64,000 nucleotides of DNA, taken from the UHGV virus genome UHGV-1430452. One strand, given 5' to 3'. Under the pieces are notes generated by a model that saw nothing but the letters and a program-made list of their open reading frames with translations, did not search any database and was not told where the DNA came from. Made by a program: the position numbers and the translations under genes. Positions 1 through 8,823 of this stretch are shown here, piece by piece (the first letter of the stretch is position 1; each line of letters begins with the position of its first letter). This DNA is from a virus.

Positions 1-4
1 TGCA

Positions 5-36
5 GGAGGGGGTGCATTTTTGCAGAGCCCCTCCCC
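5..36 (-). terminator. GC-rich inverted repeat GGAGGGG-N17-CCCCTCC downstream of ORF 42..302; possible terminator stem
   Basis: 7-bp G/C arms read directly; any U-tract would lie outside the window. Confidence 0.25.
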
Positions 37-41
37 CGGTC

Positions 42-302
42 TTAGAAAATAAATGGAATATCCTTTTTTACTTTTTTATAAATTCCTAAAGGATTCAACT
101 CAATTATTTCGTCAATCGCTCTTTCAATCTCTTCATCTTCTTCTTTCTGAGACATATCATCTGTAAGAACAGCAATACGTGCCAGATAGCCACATGTGTT
201 ATAACCTTTCTCTTCATCGAATCTTCTCCAAGAAGTGAAGTCATCGATCGGATCGAAAGGATTGTCCATTGTAGTCAACATGACTTTACTTTCTGTCATC
301 AC
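42..302 (-). CDS. hypothetical protein (86 aa)
   Basis: minus-strand ORF 3 nt downstream of the RNAP-like gene. Confidence 0.65.
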   Translation of the reverse strand: MMTESKVMLTTMDNPFDPIDDFTSWRRFDEEKGYNTCGYLARIAVLTDDMSQKEEDEEIERAIDEIIELNPLGIYKKVKKDIPFIF

Positions 303-304
303 TC

Positions 305-3300
305 TTACTTCACTCCTTTCAAATACTTAGATACTGTCGATGTAGAAACTCCCATCTTCTTAGCAATCTGTTCAAGTGTATAGTTAGATGCAGCCATTGC
401 TTTAGCTCTACTAACTTGTGCACTGCTTAGACTGTTGGTTAGTCTAGGAGTTGCTCGTTCTCTAAGGTTATCGATGTCTGTTGTGTTAAGGATTCTCTTA
501 AGCTGATTCTCACTAACAGCACCAGCTTGTATAGCTTCCCATTCTTTGTCACTGATCTCTATGTTACGATCTCTTCTAGAGATAGAGCCAACCTCTTGTC
601 TATACTTATTCAACGCCTGTTGGCTAAGCTTTCTCAACGGTTCTCCTTTAAGCTCTTCACCATGTTCTTCAAGGTAAGCCTTCTTCTTAGCTGCTATCTC
701 GGAATTAGCTTTTCGTTGAGCAGTTCTTTCTTTAATCTTATTGAGATCTGACTTATCGACTCTCTCCATTAAAGACTTAACCTCATCTCTATACGCAGCC
801 TTAGCACTTGCTGTTGTTTCGATCTTTCCTGTGTTAGCCATAGCTAATCTAGCTTTGTTACCAAGAGCTTTCATCTCATTAGCGTAGTCCGCATAGATAA
901 GTTCCATAGGATGTCTAGCTTTAGATACTAATTTATAAGCATCATCAGTCTCAGCCATCTTAGTACTTTGCTGCATACGGGTTTTAGTACGATATGTAAT
1001 ATCACCAGCGGCATTAGTATAGGTTACTTTCCCAGTGACGGGGTCTTTTTTCTCAATAGGGTTATACCTTTCGTAAGCTGCCTTATCTTTGGGATCATAT
1101 TCAATCTTCTTGCCATCAGCTGTTCGCACGGTAATAAGACCGGTCTTCTTATCTCGTTTTCTATCGACATAATATAGATCGTCGGCCTTCTTCCAAAGCT
1201 TGGCTCCATCTGGTTTGGTGGGGTCATAATCTTTACTACCTGGGATGTTTATTTTATATGAGCCTTGTCTTTTCTCAACTGAATATTGTCCCTTTGATCT
1301 TGATAAAATGGTAGAAGCTCCACCTGATCTTTCATTTCCGTCATCGTCAATACGAACCTGATACTTCTTTTTAAGTGCAGCAATATTGTTATCTATCTCA
1401 CTTTGTTTGTAATCAAGATGATGTTTCTCAGCATCAATAACAACCATGCTATGCTTAACTGCTCTTGCCAATTCTTTTTCATCAGCTCCAGCTAAAGTCA
1501 TATCAGTAATAAGATTGGATACAACACCCATCTGAGTTCCAGTGTTTTTCATGATGGGATATGCTTTTCCATTACGATAATAACGAACATTACCATCTGC
1601 ATCCTTCTTAGCAACACCACCATATTCAACCTTAGGATCAAATCCTTCAAGATCTTCAAGAGGTCGCTTATTAAGAATTTTTACCTTTCCACCTGGATCA
1701 TTGGTAGGAATACACATAACAGTATCGCCATCAAAGTCTGCACCTGAAAGCTGATCAGCAATCTTATGATTAATGCCGACTGCATCGATACTTTGTTTGC
1801 CAATTATTTTATCTCCCAGTGGATTCTTATTGTTAACTGTTAAGATAGGAATTTCAAATCGTCCGCCATGAGGATAACGAATAAGAGCGAGCTTAGTTCC
1901 ACTCTCGTAGTTTGGAGCATATACTTCATTGTCTTTTAAAGAGTTTATTGGAATAATAACGTGGTACTTCTGTCCAGGTAACGCTGCTGCTTTTAAATGT
2001 ACAGCCGCTGCATCGCAGCTATCTGCAAATTTCTCAAGCATATGTTTCTTAATAGTAGGATTAGTAATAGACATATACTCATCAAACTCAGCAAACTTAT
2101 CTTTCTTAGCAAGATCTAACTGTTTCTTAGCTAGAGTCTGTGACTGTTTAGCCAGGAACTGAGATGGTAATGCGTCCTGCCAATCATCCCAATCTCCTTC
2201 ATCGGATCTCTTATTAATGAGACCTAATTTCTTCTTACCGGTCTTAGGATCGTCATACCAATACTGTCCACCCTTGTCAGCATCTTTTATAAGAGAGCCA
2301 AATGGATTGTCTGGATCATCTTTCTTAATATTTTTAAGAACCGTACTTGTTTTATCGCCTAAAGCTGGAGTACCTTTTTTCTTATTCGTATTAAATATGA
2401 CATCTACTCCATCAGGCATGTTGTCAGAATATACTGCCATACCTTTAAGATAATGAGTTCCATCTACAAGAATACGAACCTGTGAATATCGTGAATCACC
2501 GAGATCAAGATCTTTACATCCTCTGCGAAGTTCAATGATACCGTCCTTATCAATACCCTTAAATCCATCAGCACCGACATCGTCTGCATATCGAACCATT
2601 AAACGTTTTGAATCAAGACTTGCAGGATATGTAAACTTCTTCTGGAATGTATCTCCTCCGTCTATTGATTCATAATCGTTAATTGTCTTTACTCTATCGT
2701 AGTCGTAGATTTCTTTATGTGCCGTTCCTGGTTTACAAAGAACTTTCTGGATGGTCTGTTGTCCTTTTGTATTTATCTGAGGAATACCACCAGTATACAC
2801 AGGATAACCTTCTGCTTTCTGTAAGTAATCAAGAGCAGTATTCAATCGTTCTTTGGATATGCCAAGAGATTTTTCAACACCAGCTGTTACATCGATCATA
2901 CCTTTTTGATCAACATGCTCTCGCAGAAAATCTACAGTCTCCATTGCCTGATGCATACGGTCTTCAGACTTAGGATTAAGAAGAGACCTTACTGTGGACT
3001 CTGGAATACCCATTTCTCTACCGATGGCAGTTGCTCCAAGTCCATCTTCTTTTAAAGATTTAGCTCTAGCTACCTGTTGTAATCTTTCTTCATAACCAGC
3101 CCAACTAATCTGCCTTCTATATTCTGTAGTTGTTAAGTCCATGGATTTAGCTATCGCATTATCTCCGGTCCAGGTCTTACCATTATCATCAGTGTAAGTA
3201 AAACCGGCTTTCTTAAGCTCTTTAACTCTTGCGAGGAAATCGGAACCATGTTGGTATCTATCTTTTCCACTTCCATAAGGATACCTACCGCTGCGGCGAG

Positions 3301-3475
3301 GCATACCATAATGCATAAGTTCATCTTCATTCGCGCTGTCTAAGCGATCAGACCAACCAAAATAAGAAAGGATCTCGTCAGCAACGGTGAACTCTTCATC
3401 GCTGTGCTCAAGATCCTCTTCTCCAAATATAGATTCTACAAGTTCGTTCAACGGAGGTTTCTCTAAGAACTCCAT
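305..3475 (-). CDS. large RNA polymerase-like protein (1056 aa): beta-prime-type double-psi beta-barrel motif ADFDGD preceded by IRYPHGGRFEIP; C-terminal HTH
   Basis: ADFDGD hexamer identical to multisubunit RNAP beta-prime NADFDGD; upstream R-x-P-H...F-E-P resembles the beta-prime NRxPTLHR...FEP block; HTH TLEQIAKKMGVSTSTVSKYLKG at C-terminus; start overlaps upstream stop with in-frame GAGGAGG. Confidence 0.85.
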   Translation of the reverse strand: MEFLEKPPLNELVESIFGEEDLEHSDEEFTVADEILSYFGWSDRLDSANEDELMHYGMPRRSGRYPYGSGKDRYQHGSDFLARVKELKKAGFTYTDDNGKTWTGDNAIAKSMDLTTTEYRRQISWAGYEERLQQVARAKSLKEDGLGATAIGREMGIPESTVRSLLNPKSEDRMHQAMETVDFLREHVDQKGMIDVTAGVEKSLGISKERLNTALDYLQKAEGYPVYTGGIPQINTKGQQTIQKVLCKPGTAHKEIYDYDRVKTINDYESIDGGDTFQKKFTYPASLDSKRLMVRYADDVGADGFKGIDKDGIIELRRGCKDLDLGDSRYSQVRILVDGTHYLKGMAVYSDNMPDGVDVIFNTNKKKGTPALGDKTSTVLKNIKKDDPDNPFGSLIKDADKGGQYWYDDPKTGKKKLGLINKRSDEGDWDDWQDALPSQFLAKQSQTLAKKQLDLAKKDKFAEFDEYMSITNPTIKKHMLEKFADSCDAAAVHLKAAALPGQKYHVIIPINSLKDNEVYAPNYESGTKLALIRYPHGGRFEIPILTVNNKNPLGDKIIGKQSIDAVGINHKIADQLSGADFDGDTVMCIPTNDPGGKVKILNKRPLEDLEGFDPKVEYGGVAKKDADGNVRYYRNGKAYPIMKNTGTQMGVVSNLITDMTLAGADEKELARAVKHSMVVIDAEKHHLDYKQSEIDNNIAALKKKYQVRIDDDGNERSGGASTILSRSKGQYSVEKRQGSYKINIPGSKDYDPTKPDGAKLWKKADDLYYVDRKRDKKTGLITVRTADGKKIEYDPKDKAAYERYNPIEKKDPVTGKVTYTNAAGDITYRTKTRMQQSTKMAETDDAYKLVSKARHPMELIYADYANEMKALGNKARLAMANTGKIETTASAKAAYRDEVKSLMERVDKSDLNKIKERTAQRKANSEIAAKKKAYLEEHGEELKGEPLRKLSQQALNKYRQEVGSISRRDRNIEISDKEWEAIQAGAVSENQLKRILNTTDIDNLRERATPRLTNSLSSAQVSRAKAMAASNYTLEQIAKKMGVSTSTVSKYLKGVK

Positions 3476-3478
3476 TCA

Positions 3479-4105
3479 TCACACCTCCTCGTTCATTCGC
3501 TCCAATGTTTTGCTATGCTGAATAATCGCATCCATTACAGGAAGGATTTCTTCTGCTGTAGGATTGTGGAATATAACTTCGTCGTTCTGGTAGATTCGCA
3601 ATTCAGTTTCAATCTCTCCAGGTTTGACTTTATACTCCAAACAAAAAAGAGCCGCATACACAAGTAGCTGCTCCATCTTCGCCGGAATTATACCGGACTT
3701 ATAATCATGTATTCTTAAGAAATTATTTCGGAATGAAATGGCATCTGCTGTACCGAAACAGTAATCAGAGTAATATAAGATCTGTTCCGGTGTTAACTTA
3801 AACCCAATTGCGTCATTAACGTAGGTCATAAAGTTACTGTAAATACGATCCATGTCTATAACATTTCTTGGGATACCGTCATTAAGTAGATGGGACAGTA
3901 CAGTTAACTTATCACCTTTCTTGAGTTTTAAGTTGTTGGATATTAATGTTTCAGCCAACTCGTGAAGCGATGTTCCCATGCTCTGCGCATAACCGCTAGC
4001 ATATTTCTGATAAAGCTGCTCTTCGGTATATCGCAACCAGTGAGGTTGGCTAGGAGCCAGGAAAGCATGTTTACCTCGCAGATTCAAATGCTTTTCGAAA
4101 ATCAT
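3479..4105 (-). CDS. PD-(D/E)XK nuclease, RecB/YqaJ/Cas4-like exonuclease fold
   Basis: HDYKSG...QLLVYAAL matches the D-x-K...Q-x-x-x-Y core of RecB-family nucleases; no C-terminal Cys cluster. Confidence 0.7.
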   Translation of the reverse strand: MIFEKHLNLRGKHAFLAPSQPHWLRYTEEQLYQKYASGYAQSMGTSLHELAETLISNNLKLKKGDKLTVLSHLLNDGIPRNVIDMDRIYSNFMTYVNDAIGFKLTPEQILYYSDYCFGTADAISFRNNFLRIHDYKSGIIPAKMEQLLVYAALFCLEYKVKPGEIETELRIYQNDEVIFHNPTAEEILPVMDAIIQHSKTLERMNEEV

Positions 4106-4119
4106 TTAATGGTTCCTCC

Positions 4120-4410
4120 TTATTTGTTAAATGTTTTTCTGAGATCGTCCAGGACTTGGTCCTTGTTCTCAGGAAATATAAATGCTGAGTGTGACATCTC
4201 ATTCATTTTATCTACATAGTAATCCTGATTTGGCTGATGTTTTGCCGTAGCGCTCTTCTTCACTTCTAATGCGCACCATTTATCTTTGTAGAGAACTAAT
4301 AAGTCCGGAACTCCCTGTAAATATGTTGGATCATTTTTCAGGACCATACATCCTGGGAATTCTTTCTTAAGCTCTTTGATAAGTTTTGCTTGAAATTTGT
4401 TCTCTAACAT
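4120..4410 (-). CDS. VRR-NUC domain nuclease
   Basis: GVPDLLVLYKDKWCALEVKK carries the PD...E-V-K VRR-NUC signature. Confidence 0.75.
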   Translation of the reverse strand: MLENKFQAKLIKELKKEFPGCMVLKNDPTYLQGVPDLLVLYKDKWCALEVKKSATAKHQPNQDYYVDKMNEMSHSAFIFPENKDQVLDDLRKTFNK

Positions 4411-4437
4411 ATGTATTGCCTCCTCACGTAAATCACA

Positions 4438-4511
4438 TGGACCCTCTGGGATTCGAACCCAGGACCGTCCGGTTATGAGCCGGATGCTCTAACCAACTGA
4501 ACTAAAGGTCC
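4438..4511 (-). tRNA. tRNA-Met (anticodon CAT), 74 nt, CCA not encoded
   Basis: hand-folded cloverleaf: acceptor GGACCTT/AGGGTCC, D-loop AGTTGGTTA, anticodon stem TCCGG/CCGGA with loop CTCATAA, T-loop TTCGAAT. Confidence 0.85.
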
Positions 4512-4530
4512 GCCTATTATAAAGAAAAGA

Positions 4531-4733
4531 GAAAAATAGACTTTTCTCTCATAAAAGGGCAAGAAAATTTCGTGAATAGGGTGTGTACTTTTATATGTAA
4601 ATTTAGATAAGACCGGGAGCCATGAAGGACATCCCGGTACGTTCCAAAAATATAAATAGAAAGAAAATAGACCATCTCTCTATAAAAGGGTCAGAAATTT
4701 TCGTGAATAGGGTGTGTACTTTTTATATGTAAA
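4531..4733. repeat. two copies of a ~72-bp direct repeat (4531..4603 and 4663..4733), each containing a variant promoter-like motif (ctcataaaaggg...ttcgtgaata) and separated by a 7-bp-arm hairpin
   Basis: near-identical strings read directly; hairpin ACCGGGA-N13-TCCCGGT between copies. Confidence 0.8.
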
Positions 4734-4757
4734 TATCAATAAATGAGATCGTATGTA

Positions 4758-5195
4758 TTAATCTATAGCTTCAAAGTGTAGACCTTTCGTATTGTTGTAG
4801 AAATCGTAGTTACAGCATTTACTTATTGTGGCTTCGTTCATTCCTATAGCTTTACTGCATTCCCTGATAGATTCATAAACTTCTCCAGTTTCCACAATAC
4901 GAATCTTTTTATTGCATCGCCTCCTTTCCAAATTATCAATTCTATTGTTACGTTTGTTACCATCGATATAACCGACACATGGTTTTCCTGGTTCTTCATC
5001 AAGAAATGCGTCAGCCACTAGTCGACCAACGCGCTTTGTTATTCTTCTGCCGTTCTCCTTGACCTTCACTGTTTCGTAACCCTTGTTATCAAGGCATGGA
5101 GTAAGTATTCTTCCAGTCTTTGAGTTCCTAACTCTTCCTTCGCTGCTTACCTCATATCCTTCAGCAATATTACTATCGATCCATTGTTCTTCCAT
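4758..5195 (-). CDS. HNH endonuclease paralog with degenerate HNH motif
   Basis: NUMOD4-like YEVSSEGRVRN N-terminus; HNH region GYIDGNKRNNRIDNLE lacks the His residues seen in the neighbouring paralog. Confidence 0.65.
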   Translation of the reverse strand: MEEQWIDSNIAEGYEVSSEGRVRNSKTGRILTPCLDNKGYETVKVKENGRRITKRVGRLVADAFLDEEPGKPCVGYIDGNKRNNRIDNLERRRCNKKIRIVETGEVYESIRECSKAIGMNEATISKCCNYDFYNNTKGLHFEAID

Positions 5196-5206
5196 CGATA
5201 ACCTCC

Positions 5207-5713
5207 TTATTCTACTTTCTCAAACGTGTAACCTCCGCAAGTTCTCAATCTTCCTCGTAAATACTGTGACAACATACTTTGACTTATCCCAAGCGTTTTA
5301 GCACATTCGTTCAAAGATTCATATACCTCTCCGTTCTCTTTACATCTAACTTTTATTCGATTACTTCTACCACCACCATATGGTTTCATCAATCCATCTC
5401 GTATGGCGTATTGCACATTTTCTTTTCTTGTACACCATTCAAGATTATCTGCGTGGTTATTTGTTTTATCTCCATCTTTGTGATGAACATCTAGACCTGG
5501 ATAAGGTCCGCCTAGAAATGCTTCGGCCACGAGAATATTAACTCTCTTTTGAAACCCATATCCGCATCTAGATAATGTTACAGTTTTATAACCTTTGCTG
5601 TCAGTTCCTTGTTTTAGAATTCTTCTAGTATCGATATTCCTAACCTTGCCAGTATTACTAACTTCATATTGCGAACCAAAATCATGCACCGCCTCCCATT
5701 CTTCAACTTTCAT
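5207..5713 (-). CDS. HNH homing endonuclease (NUMOD4 + HNH_3-type)
   Basis: YEVSNTGKVRN and HHKDGDKTNNHADNLEW motifs. Confidence 0.8.
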   Translation of the reverse strand: MKVEEWEAVHDFGSQYEVSNTGKVRNIDTRRILKQGTDSKGYKTVTLSRCGYGFQKRVNILVAEAFLGGPYPGLDVHHKDGDKTNNHADNLEWCTRKENVQYAIRDGLMKPYGGGRSNRIKVRCKENGEVYESLNECAKTLGISQSMLSQYLRGRLRTCGGYTFEKVE

Positions 5714-5920
5714 ATAGCCGTTCTCTTCTAACCATTGACAATAATCATAAAATCATCCTTCTTTCTTATACTCTTTCCATTGCTCCAATGGACTCTTTTC
5801 TTCGAAATCATCAAACTCGTCGTACTCGTCATACATAAACGCATTCTCCTTTCTAAATTTGTTTTAATATAAGTTCGAAAACAAAAGAAGAGGTTGAAAA
5901 TATCAATCTCATCTTTCTTT

Positions 5921-5948
5921 CTATAATAGGGCGTGTAATTTTCGCGAG
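5921..5948 (-). promoter_or_regulatory. conserved promoter-like motif copy
   Basis: plus-strand ctataatagggcgtgtaattttcgcga; family consensus. Confidence 0.55.
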
Positions 5949-6022
5949 CCGACTTATCTTATATCAAGATTCGTAGACAAAAAGAAGAGGCCGGGAATCA
6001 ATCCCGAAACCTCCTCATTCTG

Positions 6023-6406
6023 TTAAACTTCTTCGTTTACTCCGATAGATACTACTCCTCCGATCAACTGATCTGGCTTCCAATCGTAAGCATCACATAA
6101 TTCTTTTCCAAAGTTACCGAGTTCTGATAATGGAACTCCGTCTGTCCAAATATCAAACCATTTATCTGGATTGTGACTCGATACTTCTGTTACCCCTTTC
6201 TGTAATAAAGTTTCTGGTACTTCCAGTTTCTTTAGTTTTGGATCAGGAATACTCGGAAGTTTATCCCAGTCAAAATCCTCAAATTTAGGTTTCTTTTTGG
6301 TTACAACGAATATAACTCCACCAGCTATCACTAGCCCGGTTCCAATAAGAATTTCCTTCTTGTGTTCCTTTACAAATATTTTTGCTTTCTCAAGTTTTTC
6401 TTTCAT
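6023..6406 (-). CDS. membrane protein (127 aa), N-terminal TM helix
   Basis: ORF with SD AAGGAG; hydrophobic GTGLVIAGGVIFVVT. Confidence 0.7.
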   Translation of the reverse strand: MKEKLEKAKIFVKEHKKEILIGTGLVIAGGVIFVVTKKKPKFEDFDWDKLPSIPDPKLKKLEVPETLLQKGVTEVSSHNPDKWFDIWTDGVPLSELGNFGKELCDAYDWKPDQLIGGVVSIGVNEEV

Positions 6407-6447
6407 AGTTTTGTTCTCCTTTCGACTTAAACAATTTTGTTTATTTG

Positions 6448-6474
6448 CATAATAGGAGTTGTTTATTTAGCGTA
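6448..6474 (-). promoter_or_regulatory. conserved promoter-like motif copy
   Basis: cataataggagttgtttatttagcg about 40 nt upstream of start at 6406. Confidence 0.55.
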
Positions 6475-6508
6475 AAAAAAAGGAAAGCCCAAGTCGTTTT
6501 GACCTGGG
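6474..6508 (-). terminator. rho-independent terminator
   Basis: minus-strand hairpin GACCCAGGUC-loop-GACUUGGG followed by U9 tract. Confidence 0.7.
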
Positions 6509-6529
6509 TCTTTGCCTTTAGATAATAGT

Positions 6530-7027
6530 TTAAATGATATCTTTATGTTCACCTTTAAACCATAAAGAACCATCCTCGAAACCTTCAATCAGTACACAAG
6601 TTCCGACAATATCGGTTTCGTGCTTATTATGTTCCACAACCAAACGATTACCTACTGTTTTCCATGACGATAAAGCTCGTTCGTATTTTACTTTTGTATT
6701 ATACGCAGACACATATCTCTTTTCGTAACCGTCCAATCTCTGTTTTAATTTCTTTACCTCATCACCATCCGGTTTCTCTTTTTCAGTTTGCTCTTTCAAT
6801 CTGTCAAGAGTTTCCGTGATATTGTAAGGTAATTCCTTCAATCTGTTCTTGGAAGTACTCAAGTTTTTTGCTGCTTGCTTATGTAAATAATTCTCAAGCT
6901 TATCGATCTTGTCGATAATGTTCTTTGCGGTATCAATCACGATCCAATTAGAACCAAGTTTTGTACCTAAATAAATAATTTCGTTTTCTTCCTGTTTCTT
7001 TAAAAAGTTGATAAATGTTGTTTTCAT
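6530..7027 (-). CDS. hypothetical protein (165 aa), coiled-coil rich
   Basis: co-directional ORF with motif 34 nt upstream. Confidence 0.7.
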   Translation of the reverse strand: MKTTFINFLKKQEENEIIYLGTKLGSNWIVIDTAKNIIDKIDKLENYLHKQAAKNLSTSKNRLKELPYNITETLDRLKEQTEKEKPDGDEVKKLKQRLDGYEKRYVSAYNTKVKYERALSSWKTVGNRLVVEHNKHETDIVGTCVLIEGFEDGSLWFKGEHKDII

Positions 7028-7060
7028 AAATATACCCCTTTCTTTAAATAAACTATTTTT

Positions 7061-7088
7061 CTATAAAGGGAGATGTTTATTTAGCGAG
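7061..7088 (-). promoter_or_regulatory. conserved promoter-like motif copy
   Basis: ctataaagggagatgtttatttagcgag. Confidence 0.55.
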
Positions 7089-7529
7089 TTAATCCATGTT
7101 CACTAATTCGTGAATTGAACATTTCAATGCTCTCGCCATTTTTATCAGATTACGAGAATTCGGAGTGGCTAGACCGTTTGTGTATTTACTTATCGTAACC
7201 TGAGTGACACCTATCTTTTCAGCTAATCGATCTTGTGTCATAGCTACGTTTCTCATTTTCCGATTTAGATTACGAGCAAATATCTTTCTCCATTCTTCTT
7301 CTGAAATGTCAATTGAATCTTCGTTGCCTGGATCATGAATCAGATAGGCTTGTCTATTAAGAAAATCATAAGCATACTTTTTACCGCCTTTGATCTTTAC
7401 CGTGATCTCTAATTGTGCACTAGGATACCAATCTAACATTTCTTCCGCTAGATTAGGATAATCCTGACAAAATGCTTCATATACGGGTTTCCAATATTTT
7501 TTACCGTCATTCATCTTAAGTCCCTCCAT
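7089..7529 (-). CDS. XRE-family HTH DNA-binding protein (146 aa)
   Basis: C-terminal HTH QDRLAEKIGVTQVTISKYTNG. Confidence 0.75.
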   Translation of the reverse strand: MEGLKMNDGKKYWKPVYEAFCQDYPNLAEEMLDWYPSAQLEITVKIKGGKKYAYDFLNRQAYLIHDPGNEDSIDISEEEWRKIFARNLNRKMRNVAMTQDRLAEKIGVTQVTISKYTNGLATPNSRNLIKMARALKCSIHELVNMD

Positions 7530-7542
7530 TTCTTAAAGATTG

Positions 7543-7971
7543 AATTATGTGCAGACCGAAATTCGTGAAAAATAAAAAAAATACATTTTTAAATTAATAT
7601 ACAACTACTTTATACTTTGGTTATATAACTAAAGTATAAAGTTACCTTACAACAATATATAAAGAAAAAATTATTTTTTACGAATTATGTGCAGACCGAA
7701 ATTCATTTTTACCGTTTTTAGGGCCAAAATGACCGAAAATAGCCAATTTAGCCCCATTTTTGACGAAAAGTGCCGAATTATTAGCAGACCAAAAATAATT
7801 ATTAGCAGACCAAAATTCTATTTTACCATCATTTTCTTATTTATTAGCAGACCAAAAATACCATTTTCCTATTTATTAGCAGACCGAAATTCGGAATTAT
7901 TAGCAGACCAAAAATAGCAAAAACTGAATTATTAGCAGACCAAAAATAATTATTAGCAGACCAAAATTCGG
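7543..7971. repeat. iteron array: 9 copies of a ~20-bp direct repeat (A)ATTATTAGCAGACCAAAA(T), variants ATTATGTGCAGACCGAAATTCG, irregular spacing
   Basis: copies near 7543, 7683, 7776, 7797, 7837, 7871, 7895, 7927, 7949; flanked by HTH and RHH genes. Confidence 0.85.
7607..7642. promoter_or_regulatory. 12-bp-arm perfect palindrome ACTTTATACTTT-N12-AAAGTATAAAGT upstream of the HTH gene; operator-like
   Basis: inverted repeat read directly. Confidence 0.6.
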
Positions 7972-7977
7972 CATATC

Positions 7978-8262
7978 TTACACATAATCGTCCTCATCTA
8001 TGTCGTCTTCATACTCAAATTCATCATTATAATCGTCACTACCAGATCCATATAACTCTTTTAAAGCTTCTTGACGTTTGTTAATACTATCGATAGATGC
8101 TTTATATGTACTGATTCTGATAAACTCCGACATAGACATTCCGCTAAGTCTAGCTGCCCTCTCTATAGACGAATACTCCTCGTCATTGCATTTAGAGAAA
8201 ATAGGTTTTCTTCTCGCTCCAAACTTCAACGGCCTCCCACGTTTCTTTTTAACTTCTTCCAT
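7978..8262 (-). CDS. ribbon-helix-helix (CopG/MobC-like) DNA-binding protein with acidic tail
   Basis: KRGRPLKFGARRKPIFSKCNDEEYSSIERAARLSGMSMSEFIR resembles RHH family; paralogs at 9504 and 12151. Confidence 0.65.
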   Translation of the reverse strand: MEEVKKKRGRPLKFGARRKPIFSKCNDEEYSSIERAARLSGMSMSEFIRISTYKASIDSINKRQEALKELYGSGSDDYNDEFEYEDDIDEDDYV

Positions 8263-8268
8263 AAAATA

Positions 8269-8430
8269 TCAATCCTCCTCGCGAGCACTAGACGAACCAT
8301 AACGATCTAATTCAATATCTACACCCTGCAAATTATCATAATTATGTATGGTAAGATCTGTCGATACCGTACCACCAAGCAATAAATCACCGATATCCTC
8401 AATACTAAGTTTTACAATAATTCTACTCAT
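8269..8430 (-). CDS. small hypothetical protein (53 aa)
   Basis: ORF missed by track; SD AGGAGG upstream; stop TGA embedded in junction GAGGAGGATTGATATTTT-ATG. Confidence 0.5.
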   Translation of the reverse strand: MSRIIVKLSIEDIGDLLLGGTVSTDLTIHNYDNLQGVDIELDRYGSSSAREED

Positions 8431-8445
8431 AAATATCAATCCTCC

Positions 8446-8820
8446 TTACCACTCATCAAACTCATGATAATCTTCGTCCTTGCAGCCACCCTTAGCCCAC
8501 AACAACACCTGTATCAGACGGTCAATATCATACTCTTCAAATATCAAGAATTGTTTGTAACCAAGGTAGTCATTAGTATCGCCATCATAAATCTCAAATG
8601 TCGCCTTAACAGATTCCTCATCGAACACGCTATCCAGATTCCACGGTTCCAACGGCATAACCCCATTAAAAACCCAATCGAAAATATAAAACATAGGATT
8701 TAATTCTCTACCATGATCGACCTTAATCGCTAATCTCTCTTCCAAAACACACGGAGTATACGGAGCAAATATAGTACCAGCTGGCATACGATTAAATGTT
8801 TTAAAATCTACTATCTTCAT
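8446..8820 (-). CDS. hypothetical protein (124 aa)
   Basis: co-directional ORF. Confidence 0.65.
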   Translation of the reverse strand: MKIVDFKTFNRMPAGTIFAPYTPCVLEERLAIKVDHGRELNPMFYIFDWVFNGVMPLEPWNLDSVFDEESVKATFEIYDGDTNDYLGYKQFLIFEEYDIDRLIQVLLWAKGGCKDEDYHEFDEW

Positions 8821-8823
8821 AAT

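Noticed and set aside
527-3000. Plus-strand ORFs inside the RNAP-like gene (527..751, 968..1177, 1929..2162, 2217..2453, 2683..2973) and minus-strand 1024..1227
   Set aside because: Embedded in or antisense to a long ORF with clear motifs; low-complexity translations; no SD sequences.
305-3475. Alternative reading of ADFDGD as a Toprim/DnaG-type primase motif
   Set aside because: Not fully excluded, but there is no upstream conserved Glu or DxD...AG context typical of Toprim, the flanking R-x-P-H...F-E-P block fits beta-prime better, and a primase already exists in the replicase fusion.
7776-7971. Possible CRISPR array (regularly recurring ~20-bp repeat)
   Set aside because: Repeat unit is too short, the intervening segments are only 2-25 bp and irregular, and there are no cas genes; it behaves like an iteron or centromere-type array.
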